64,000 bases of DNA, taken from contig OZ024753.1 in assembly GCA_964016885.1 (NCBI GenBank), positions 33,046,001 through 33,110,000 of the forward strand. Direction: 5' to 3'. Below, piece by piece: positions 15,063-26,452 of the stretch (within the stretch, counting starts at the first letter, position 1; every line of letters starts with the position of its first letter). The notes under the pieces are model-generated. The model did not search any database. It was given only the letters and a program-made list of their open reading frames with translations, and had not been told where the DNA came from. Source of the stretch: Eledone cirrhosa (taxonomy: Eukaryota). A program made the translations under genes and the position numbers.

Positions 15063-15410
15063 CCCCATATTAACTGTAAAACTGGAAATGTAGTATATAG
15101 CATAAGATGTACTGAAGGACAATGTAGAGATAAATATATAGTGTACATAGGTGAGACAGCTCTTAGTGTAGGAGAACGGATAAATGAACACTGGCGAGAC
15201 ATTCAAGATAGTAAAGAATAATCTGTACTCTACCTACATGCTAAAATATAACATAAGGGTAAATTAGAGGACATAGAAATAAAAATAGAATCTACACACA
15301 GAAAAGACGCAATGTTTAGACAAATCACAGAGGCAATAAACATAAAAGAATTACAACCAAAATTAAATAGAAAACATGAGTGGAACAACAACATCACAAC
15401 TTACAATTAG
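15063..15410 (+). pseudogene. GIY-YIG endonuclease (PLE C-terminus), two in-frame TAA
   Basis: Manual translation: NCKTGNVVYSIRCTEGQCRDKYIVYIGETALSVGERINEHWRDIQDSKE*SVLYLHAKI*HKGK...RQITEAINIKELQPKLNRKHEWNN; VVY/YIG, catalytic R, E and N, CCHH motif; stops at 15219 and 15249; absent from the ORF track. Confidence 0.88.
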
Positions 15411-15505
15411 GACAAAATGAAAACACACACGCACATAGAACAAACAACCAACCAGTACCATGTAAATAAACAAATAAATAAACGAATATAAACACACACA
15501 GACAC

Positions 15506-15563
15506 CCGGATGTGGCGCATGCGCAGACTGAGCACACAACACACACACAGAAACAAGATGGCG
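15506..15563 (+). promoter_or_regulatory. putative PLE internal promoter (ETS-like, NRF1-like and YY1-like motifs)
   Basis: ccggatgt 15506-15513, gcgcatgcgca 15515-15525, caagatggcg 15554-15563. Confidence 0.45.
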
Positions 15564-15610
15564 TAGGACAGAACAAAGGAGGGGCACAAAAACAAAGAAA
15601 AGAATCCCCA

Positions 15611-15653
15611 GTCACTGAAGACGTCACAGAATGTGCGACGAAAGAACTTTGAC
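15611..15653 (+). ncRNA. minimal type I hammerhead ribozyme
   Basis: Stem I gtca/tgac; CTGAAGA; extra C; stem II gtc-aca/tgt-(gc)-gac; GAAA; short stem III ag-aa-ct; cleavage triplet CUU (after 15649); located in the PLE 3' region as expected. Confidence 0.75.
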
Positions 15654-15863
15654 AATATATAAACAACCATCTGGTTGTGGAACCAACCAACCAGCCGGAA
15701 ATTTATAAATTCCTAAATATATAAATTTATTATAATAAATTGAAGTGAAAGCAACTGGTGCGTGTGTTTCTTATTGGTAACATGACCCTCCCAAAGTATA
15801 ACAATATCGGCTTCAACACACGGTTTCAGATAAAGAATCTTGCTAAACAAATTCAGAAACGAA

Positions 15864-16113
15864 ATATATATATATATATATATATATAAATATAAATATA
15901 TATATATATAAATATATATAAAAATATATGTATATATATCTAAATATATATATATATATATCTAAATATAAATATATATATATATAAATATAAATATATA
16001 TATATATAAATATAAATATATATATCTATATATATAAAAATATATAAATATATATATAAATATAAATATATATATATATAAAAATATATATCTATATATA
16101 TAAAAATATATAA

Positions 16114-16144
<31 letters not shown>

Positions 16145-16153
16145 AAAATATAT

Positions 16154-16184
<31 letters not shown>

Positions 16185-16204
16185 AATATATATAAAATTA
16201 TATG

Positions 16205-16244
<40 letters not shown>

Positions 16245-16387
16245 TATATAAATATATATAAATATATATAAATATATATATATATAAATATATATATATA
16301 TAAATATATATATATATAAATATATATATATATAAATATATATAAACATATATATATATAAATATATATATATATAAATATATATAA

Positions 16388-16418
<31 letters not shown>

Positions 16419-16611
16419 AATATATAAATATATATATATATATAAATATATAAATATATATAAATATATATATATATAAATATATATAAATATATATATA
16501 TATAAATATATATATAAATATATTTAAATATATATATATAAATATATAAATATATATATAAATATATATAAAAATATATGGATATATATATATAAAAATA
16601 TATGTATATAT

Positions 16612-16644
<33 letters not shown>

Positions 16645-16831
16645 AATATATATAAAAATATATATATATATATATAAATATATATAAAAATATATGTATA
16701 TATATATAAATATATATATATAAAAATGTATATATATATATATAAAAATATATGTATATAAAAATGTATATATATATATATAAAAATATATGTATATATA
16801 TATATATACATAAATGTATATATATATATAA

Positions 16832-16864
<33 letters not shown>

Positions 16865-16937
16865 AATATATATGTAAATATATATATATATAAATATATA
16901 TATAAATATATATATATATAAATATAAATATATAAAT

Positions 16938-16968
<31 letters not shown>

Positions 16969-17079
16969 AATATATATATATAAAAATATATATATATAAA
17001 TATATATATATATAAATATAAATATATAAATATATATATAAATATAAATATATATATAAATAAATATAAATATATAAAT

Positions 17080-17116
<37 letters not shown>

Positions 17117-17166
17117 AATATATATATACATAAATATATATATATATATATAAATATATAAATATA
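15864..17166. repeat. ~1.3 kb interrupted (TA)n array
   Basis: Seen directly; aaat and aaaaat interruptions. Confidence 0.95.
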
Positions 17167-19895
17167 TTACTCTTTTACTCTTTTAGCGGTTTCAGCCATC
17201 CGGCTGAGGCCATGCTGGGGCACCGCCCTTGTTGCTACAAATGTTATCTCCAGCCTGTATAGGTTGGCCACTGGTGTAAGAGGGAGTTTGTTACTGCCGC
17301 CCTTAGGTTTCCCTCGTGTCTTGCTGTGGGCTCATCCGGGATCCTGGATAACAAGGTGTCGAGATTTTTCTCAAAGACATCCACCGCCACGTCATGCAAG
17401 TCTCTCAGATCCCTAGGCAGCCTGTTGAAGAGTTGAGGGCCCTTGAATCCCAGGCTATTGCAATACCTGCTCCTTATTCTAGATATGGAAGACGGGACCT
17501 TTGGCACCACACAGTGACGTCCTCTTCGACGGTTGGCCCAGCTCCCAATGCCAAAGTTTGGTGCTAGTCCCTCCAGGATTTTCCACATGTAGATCACTGC
17601 GTATCTCTCCCGTCTTCGCTCCAAGGAGTAGAGGTTCAGTTCCTTTAGCCTCTCCCAGTAGCTTGTCTCCCTCATCTTGGCAATCCTCTTGGTGTAGCTT
17701 CGCTGGATTGCCTCAATCTCCGTGGTTAGTTTGACACTATGGGGTGACAAACTGGGAGCAATAGTCCAGGCGGCTTAGGACAAAAGTCCTCCACAGTGTC
17801 AACATGGTGTCTCGATCTCTTGTCCGGAAAGTCCTCAAGATCCAGCCAGCGAGTTGTCTGCACATTGTCGCCACTTTTATGATGTGTGAAGAAAAAGATG
17901 CATCATCGCTCATGTCTATGCCCAGGTCTCGTATCGATTTTGACACGGGGATATCGGTCCCCCCTGGTCCCGTGTAGCTGTGTTCCACTATATGTGTGTT
18001 TGCAGGTTTGTATTGTAGGGCTTGGAATTTGCCAGCATTAAACTGCATGTTGTTTTCTTCCGCCCATTTGTATATGGCATCCAGATCCTGCTGTAAAAGG
18101 GCAGCGTCAGCCGGGTTTTTGATTGCCTGTGCTACCTTAGTGTCATCAGCAGAGCTAGTGAGGGATGTTGTTGCATGCACCACAGAGGGCATGTCCGAGA
18201 GAGCCACCAAAAACAGTAGTGGTCCCAGGACTGTCCCCTGGGGCACCCCACTTGTTATCGGTGTTTCCCTCGAGAGGGCCCCATTTGCTGCGACTGCCTG
18301 GCTTCTGTCCCTTAGGAAGCCATGCAGCCACTCACCTACTTTTCCAGTTATGCCGAGTCCGTGTAGTTTGTGACATATCATTCCGTGGTCGACCTTGTCA
18401 AAGGCCTTCGCAAAGTCAAGATATATCACGTCCACATGTGAGCTGTCTAGTAGTTGTCTCAGTACCCAGTCGTAGTGATGTAGCAGCTGTGTAAGGCAGC
18501 TTCTTCCTGGGCGGAAGCCATGTTGCGTGCTAGTCAGGCGGTCATTTTCCTCGAGGAAAGTGATTAGTTTCTTTCTGACGACTCGCTCCATGACCTTACT
18601 GATATGCGACGTCAGGGAGACTGGCCTATAGTTCTTGGCCTCCGCTCTACTACCTCCTTTATGGATAGGGCATATTGTGCCTACTTTCAGCTCCCTGGGT
18701 AGTACACCGCTAGCCAAGGAGCTTCTGAAGAGCATCTTCAGTGGAGTTGCTAAGGCCCGCTTACATATTTTTAAGAGAACTGCTGGGAATCCATCAGGTC
18801 CAGCAGCCGAGTCTGTTCTAATTTCATCAATGGCGTACACCACATCCTCCTCCGTTATGTCTATGTGGTTGATGGTTGCCATTTCTTGATGTAGTGTTGT
18901 GGCATCATAGAACTCCTCTGGCTTCGTTATTTGCATGTGCCTCAGTGGACATGTGAAGACACTTTTGTACAGTTCGTTCAGTATTTCACATATCTCTTGG
19001 GGGTTTTCGGTTAATGAACCCTCCGTGTGGAAGAGTGGCCCAATCTTGCAGTGTACTGAGGCAGTTTCTTTTGCAAATTTAGAGAAGGCCTTAGGGTTTG
19101 TTTTAATGTTTTCTATGGCCCTGTTCTCTTTCTTTGCCCTCTCATTCTCATGGGAAAGTTTGAGTGCAATCTCGGTGTCAAGTAGTGCACGTTTCAAATA
19201 GGATTCCTTCTTGTTTTTGTTTTGTTGACTATTCAACTGGTTTGAGAGTTTAGTTCTACGTCTCATAAGGATTTTCCTATCTCTGGGAATAAGATTTTTG
19301 TGTCTGTTTGCCTCTTTCTCCGGGACAAACTTTTTGCATATAGTGTGTATCTTTGTCATGAAGTGTTGAAATTGTGTGTTAGTGTCTTGTGTGGCGGTGT
19401 TTTCACTCCATATTTGCTTCCGGATTTCACTCTTAATCTTTTTCCAGTTAGCCTTGTAGAAGTTAAGGCTGGATAGCGTCCCGGCGCTTCATGGTGGTTT
19501 TGTCTCTGTTGGTTCTCTTGGACCACATATCATTAGCTCTACTAAGTTATGATCCGAGAGAATTGTTGGTGTCACCTTTACATTGTGGATGAGCACTTCG
19601 TTGTTTGTAAAACAGAGGTCCAGGACATGTTCGCCTCTTGTTGGGAGGAGTATTGCTTGCTCCATGAACAGCCTGTGTGTGAGGGCCAGCAGGGATTCCG
19701 TCTGTCTCTGTTCTATTGACGTCATTCCAGGGAGGAGGTGGCCCTCAGGCCATTTGACCTTTGGTAGGTTGAAGTCTCCCAACAGTAGGATGTTGAGACC
19801 CTGGTCCAGTTTGTCAAGGAACTCTTCTATCCCACTTAGGCTATCCTCAAATTTACCCTCATGACTGGGGGCATCGGGCGGCCGATATGTGACAC
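17167..19895 (-). mobile_element. 5'-truncated CR1-group LINE (APE endonuclease + RT)
   Basis: ORF2 motifs plus 3' UTR ggcggtgccccagcatggcc...ctgaaac and a (TAAAAGAG)n tail; embedded in (TA)n. Confidence 0.92.
17244..19895 (-). pseudogene. LINE ORF2, disrupted
   Basis: EN: YRPP, GDFN, DLCF, SDH. RT: NYRPVSLTS, QHGFRPGRSC, YLDFAKAFDKVDH, GVPQGTVLGPLLF, SADD (normally F/YADD). In-frame TGA at 19491-19489 continues in frame (LNFYKANW) into ORF 19359. Frameshift near 17750 (LDYCSQ to SPHSVK). Confidence 0.92.
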
Positions 19896-19989
19896 ATATA
19901 TATATATATATAAAATATAAATATATATATAAATATATATATATATATAAAATATATATATGCATGCATATATATATATATATAAATAA

Positions 19990-20062
<73 letters not shown>

Positions 20063-20081
20063 TATATATATATATAAATAA

Positions 20082-20142
<61 letters not shown>

Positions 20143-20325
20143 TATATATATATAAATAAATAAATATATATATATATAAATAAATAAATATATATATATA
20201 AATAAATAAATAAATATATATATATATAAATAAATAAATATATATATATAAATAAATAAATATATATATATATATAAATAAATAAATAAATAAATATATA
20301 TATATATATATAAATAAATAAATAA

Positions 20326-20404
<79 letters not shown>

Positions 20405-20424
20405 TATATAAATATATATATGCA

Positions 20425-20458
<34 letters not shown>

Positions 20459-20517
20459 TGCATATATATATATATTTATATATAAATAAATAAATATATA
20501 AATATATATATGCATGC

Positions 20518-20553
<36 letters not shown>

Positions 20554-20680
20554 AAATAAATAAATATATATATATAAATAAATATATATTTATATATAAA
20601 TAAATATATATTTATATATAAATAAATATATATATATATACACACATATATATATATGCATATATATATACATACATGTG
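19896..20680. repeat. interrupted (TA)n/(TAAA)n array
   Basis: Seen directly; taaa and gcatgcat interruptions. Confidence 0.93.
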
Positions 20681-21032
20681 TATGAGTGTAATAGGAAACT
20701 TTTGACATGAGACAAATGAATCAGAAAATGTGTCACTGGCAACATGGAAATATTATTGAACATGATAATATATTACATATAAATCACCGTGTGTATTGTT
20801 CTCGAAAGCCTTTAACCCTAGGCTAGTTTGACTGCAGTGATCTGTGGTCCAACATACTCCAGTAATGACCAGCTCCTTTTTATGCAAAGTGCAAACATAA
20901 ATTTTGCACGCACATACAAAAAGCTGCTCTACCAAGACACACGTTATTCCCAAATATTCTAATGTGATATCTACATATTATATATATATATATATATATA
21001 TGCATATACATATTCTATATATATATATATTT

Positions 21033-21077
<45 letters not shown>

Positions 21078-23459
21078 TACACACATTAACATACATCTAT
21101 TCCTCAACCTAGTTTTATTTATCTTTATTGTGCCTTTATCTTTACGGTTAGTACTTCAAAACATAACTTGCAGGCTGGTTTAGTTGTTATATGTTGATCA
21201 GTGAGCTGGAATGATACTAAGAATATCGCAATGTCTTCACCTAGAAGATTTCATCAGAGAGAAATTCAAAATAATAAATGGTCTTTTAAAATATAGAGGA
21301 ATTTCGAGGATTGTTTCTCGTATTTAAGGAGGATAATTTAGGGGGAAATAGTATTAACATCTAATATTGTCTTGGGAGTCACAGTTTGCATTTGAGAGTC
21401 GCAGTTTGGCTACAATTTTCTTTTATTATTTTTTGTTTGTTTTACTTCATAAATAAAACAAAGTCCTAATCTATTAAATCAGATAAATCACTTTACTGAG
21501 ATGAATTATAAAACTGTCCGTCAACAATAATGTTTTGAAAGATATAAAGGACACATCAATCAGGAAATATCTTATAAAATAAACAAAATCTCGGTATTAA
21601 ATCAAGTTTTGTACATTAAATGAATTTTATATCCACGCAGAAATTGGCAATAACCAGAGAATAAATATTGAGATAATGTAAAATAACGAGGTGAGAGACG
21701 CCTATTTTATATAAAACAAGCTGTGATATAGTATATTATATTTTTCACCCAGTTTTTCATAAACCACTAGTACGTGGGTATATCCATAACGTTACTAATT
21801 TACTATCATTCAATAGATTATTCGTCTAAGAGCAATGTATATTTCTTTGATTCAGTCGAATAGTATATATATATTTTATATTGTGCATTATAAAAATGAT
21901 GTCTTAGTAACATAAAACCAAAATCTATAATTGGATGACGCTGAAAGTTTCTGCAATTCATGCATATTTCGGGAGTAATAGATAAACCGAAGTATAAAGG
22001 ATGTATATAACTTTTGTCAGTATTTCAAACTACCTCTAGTTTCTACTCTCATTCGTTCAAAACTTACCAACAGTAGTTCGCTCACTGTGCTGACTCAATT
22101 TACACAATTTCAGTAAAAACAAACTTGTCAGTTGAATATGTAGTTACAAGTACGTTATTTGAACGAAAGATAAACTGGAATCTGCATCGTTAAACCCGGT
22201 GACAGTCCATTTGTTTCGTTTCAAATCATATATATTGTAAAGTTTATACGAACCACTCTGAAATATGTCGTTTGAATTATTTTGGAAAAGCTAGCGCAAT
22301 GCAAGTTAGAAATACCTGGGTAAAGTAAGACAAACTAAACAGTTTAGAGTTTTACTTGATATCACAGGATATTTCATCACATTATAGAGATTTCACAGTA
22401 ACATATAACAAATATATTATATGGAACAGCACGCATTGACCTGAAGTTACAGAACAAATAATCAACACAACGTTTTCATGTAAACAAATTCATCATCTAA
22501 ATGTGTTTGTTGTTCAAGGACACGGCCAAAAACAAATAATATGAAACTGAAGATGGATACTTTCAAACAAAATTAAAAATCTGGCCTATAGATTGGCTCA
22601 GCGGCTATTCGTTAAAGTAAAAGAGTAAGGCAGTGAACCGACAATGTATTGAGCATTCATAGACTTCCACACAATTGTATTAATACGAAAATTTACATTG
22701 TTTACAACCGTAGAATTTTCATTTGACAAAGCTAAAACGCAGCATGAGGTTTGATGAGCGAATTCATAGCAAATATAATTAGCATGCGCAAAGTTTGTTG
22801 AAAGAAATAACCGTCTTCAAACCGTTTATGATGATTTTTATACACATTAACAAAACCCGGGATTTCTGAGCTACATTTCAATATTTAATACACCATGAAA
22901 GATAGCCACAACTATTCTGTAACTTTAAGAGGTTCACTTTGCGTGACACCTTGGGAAAGTGTTTTACTATAGCTTCGTGTCGACTCATAGGGTGGGAGGA
23001 AATTTGCGTAGACGACAGAAAGCTGTACAACTGTACTTCCAAAGTCCGGCTTTGTTTTATACTGTCTCGCTGATTCATGTCTATGGAAATCTTTAAAATG
23101 TATGTGTTTATTCACGAGCGGAATAGTCAGTTGATCGAACAACCATTGCGTAGTTGGATCAGCTGACGTTTCGCTCATCGTTGAAACACAGGGAGGACCC
23201 ATCATTGAATGATATAACATCTTTGTTCAAACAAATGAGATTTCATGTTTTAGATGAGTATGAGGAAAAATTTCACTTCGGTAAATGTACACGGCACTTC
23301 GAATTAATCAATGATTGGTGTCTATTGATAAATTCTTCTATCTTATAATGAAGAACAGTTTTCATCAAAAGCATAATAAAGTTCATTTAACATTTCAGTC
23401 ACAAAACTAATAAGGTTCAATAGTAATCTAGTAAATCCGCTGAATTTTGTCTACATATA

Positions 23460-23900
23460 CTTACATCGGCAAAACAATTGCAACTGTTAAATTGAAGAAT
23501 AAGTTTCCGCCAGAGAATGTAAATGGTGAATGCTGCAACTTGATTTCCCTGAGTATATTTATGGGAATCCTTCACCGTTGCAATACAGCCTTTTCCCTCT
23601 ACACACACACAGCATTTTAGCATGCATCGAGTACTACTCTCATCTGTAGATCTGTGGTTTTCACACTTCTCACCACGTCGACACTCCATCTACGCCAGCA
23701 CCAACAGTTTTGCAAGACATGTCAACATGAATGGACGTGTTATTTTTATCTAAAGACATTTTTCCAATTCCAGCCCGCCCGTCCCCTCAATCTATCTTAT
23801 TCCTCATTCTTTCTTCTGATGAAGGACTAGCGCCCGAAATATTAAGACCCTCTTTCTCCTATAGCAAGCGTTAACCTAATATATATTCCTTCCATAGACT
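23460..23900 (+). mobile_element. degenerate PLE 3' remnant
   Basis: tacatcggcaaaaca (YIGKT) at 23462, a pyrimidine-rich tail and a hammerhead at 23812; coding frame broken. Confidence 0.4.
23812..23847 (+). ncRNA. minimal type I hammerhead ribozyme (weakened stem II)
   Basis: tctt CTGATGA a gg-actagcgc-cc GAAA ta T T aaga; stem I tctt/aaga; palindromic aatatt across stem III. Confidence 0.6.
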
Positions 23901-23982
23901 GTAACGAGGGTGTTGTTATTTCTGTTTAACTTTTACATACACAGACACACATATATAGATATATATATATGTATATATATAA

Positions 23983-24021
<39 letters not shown>

Positions 24022-24313
24022 CAAACTCATTCCTTAATAGTCAGATTATTGAAAATGAAATTCCAGGCTCTAGTGAAACAAATATTATCCCCAGATGATA
24101 AACAACTGCTAAGTGACAATTCGATCGTTTTAATTAAATTCATCATAGATCTTATAATACAGAGGGTGTTATGCATAAATATTTACCACATATATATATA
24201 TATATATATGCACACACACACACACACACATATGCATATAAACACACACACGCATATATGTATATACACATATATATATATATATGTACACACACACACA
24301 CATATGCTCATAA

Positions 24314-24361
<48 letters not shown>

Positions 24362-24461
24362 GTACACACACACACATATGCTCAAACACATACACACATA
24401 TATATATATATGTACACACACACACATATGCACATAAACACAGGCACACACACACACACAT

Positions 24462-24492
<31 letters not shown>

Positions 24493-26099
24493 GCATGCGT
24501 GTGTATGCATGCGTGTGTAATCGTAGGTGAATCTATGTATGTATGATGTATATGTGTTTCTGTATAGGTCTGAGAATACTTATGCGTTCATCTTTGGTAT
24601 AATATATGAAGCTATGACCCCTCCCTCCAAGATGCATACAATATAAGTCGTTTATTTAACATCAAACTTCGTTAAAAGAGATTCATCATGTATTACCATA
24701 TATTCAATTATATTCAACTAACCTTCTTTCATAATTATGTCCACGAGAACATCTGCATATCTAATAGCTATATATTAACTTATGCTTATTTAAATGTTCA
24801 ATGTTAAAGATTGGGTACTTAAGTGAGAGACGACTGGATGTCGGAACCCAATAGCCTAGATGGCAACCCCAGTAAGCTCGGAATGAGCAGCATTCTTAAA
24901 ATACAAATATAGCAATTGGAGACCAAATTCAGAAGCATAAGTTGAACATTGACCTTACTCTCAACTTCCAGTGCCAGGGCTGGCCTATGAACAAAATCCT
25001 AGAGAAAAAGGTTCATAACATATCAGATGAGAGACCTCTGTTGAGAAGCTGGCAAAACCAGAACTGACCGGGTCAGAAACGAAAACATGGTTGATGCCAT
25101 ACCTGTTATCCAGTCCTTAACTCAATAACACGTGAAATGATGTGTCACTTAATAACAATTTCAGTTGGCTAGTGTGTTATTTCTCAAGTTACACACCACT
25201 CTGTCAATGGATTGGCCCAGTCGCAAGCACAATTTACAGGCTGATCATGAACCTTTTGCAAACCGGAATTGTCTTTCCTGGTAGCGTCTTGAATAAATAT
25301 ATATGCAACTGACTGTAATTCTAGTTGCTGTTTTTTTGGGGGGTGGGGGTTTCAAAAGTTGAGCATCTTACAGCTTCTTATAAATTTAATTCCACGGCAT
25401 TTCATAAGTTCGAAAATTCGAGCCCGCATATTGGCAGGGAGGTTTGAAGATTACGATGCTCTATTCGGACTTGTTCATAAATGTAAATCATGTACTGAGT
25501 TGAAGAACATCGACGTTCAATATGTTTTATAAATTTCATTCAAATTCGTATAACATAAATAATAACCAAAAGAACTTTGGGAAACGTAGTAGGTCAGACA
25601 TTACGTGATATATATTTTAAAATATAGACGAGATTGTAAATGGTTGAAGACATCATCAGTTAATTAAATACAAGGAAAGAAAATATATGTAACATACATC
25701 TTTAATGAAAACAATAAGATTAAAATCATTTCTCTATTGAGAAGTCAAGTGTCGTGGGGAGTAAAAATTGCTCTCCAGCTAACTTTACGACTCGACTCTG
25801 TTTTCTGTTCGTCTGAAGCCAGTTAACACCAATTTCATCATTCTTGTCATAGTGAATATTCATGAACATAATAGTATTATCTGGGTAAAAGAAACATTAA
25901 AGAGCTTTTAGTCAAGACATAATCGTATCCTATTGAAATAGTGTATTATTAACCACGGCGACATCCGTATGTCAGTTTGTTAATGTGATGTTATTTCTTT
26001 TCGATGATTTGTTCTGGTGGTAAATGCTATAGACATGGCATTTGAGGGCTGCGGAAGCCTACCGAAATCGTTGGTATTCTTCCTGACCACTTACAATTT

Positions 26100-26452
26100 C
26101 CCAGATGTAAAGTTACTCAGAGTGTGTAGTTCAAAGATCAGAGTTACTCCAAGTAGAACCACTACTTCTTCGAATTGAGAGATTACAGCTCCGATACTAT
26201 GGGCATGTAGTTAGAATGTTGTAGGAAAGAATTGCTGGACAGATTTTCCAGGCAAAACCAACCGGCAGGAGTCCTACGAGTGGACCCCGAGCAAGATGGT
26301 TGGATTACATCCATGAGCTTGGGGTTCTCGCTTGGGGATCCAGCCGGATCAGTTGGAGACGGTTGCTTTTGACAGAACACACTGGAAGGAGTGTTTGAGG
26401 ACTCTTCTCCCACGACCCTCTCGGGAATAGGTGGGCGAAGAAGACGAAGACT
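26100..26452 (+). mobile_element. RTE-clade LINE 3' fragment
   Basis: ELLQVEPLLLRIERLQLRYYGHVVRML*ERIAGQIFQAKPTGRSPTSGPRARWLDYIHEL, then DRTHWKECL in a shifted frame; gaagaagacgaagac tail. Confidence 0.8.

Larger units (their letters stand above)
14455..15862. mobile_element. Penelope-like retroelement insertion with inverted 5' segment
   Basis: RT fragment on -, GIY-YIG endonuclease plus terminal region with hammerhead on +, hairpin junction between them, (TA)n on both sides. Confidence 0.85.

Noticed and set aside
15219-15251. Selenocysteine read-through as reported for Naiad-type PLEs
   Set aside because: Both in-frame stops are TAA rather than TGA, and no SECIS-like hairpin was recognised downstream
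19489-19491. Programmed read-through of the single TGA in LINE ORF2
   Set aside because: The copy also has a frameshift and an altered YADD motif; CGA to TGA decay is simpler
17501-19864. Plus-strand ORFs overlapping the LINE
   Set aside because: Antisense shadows of ORF2 with no recognisable domains
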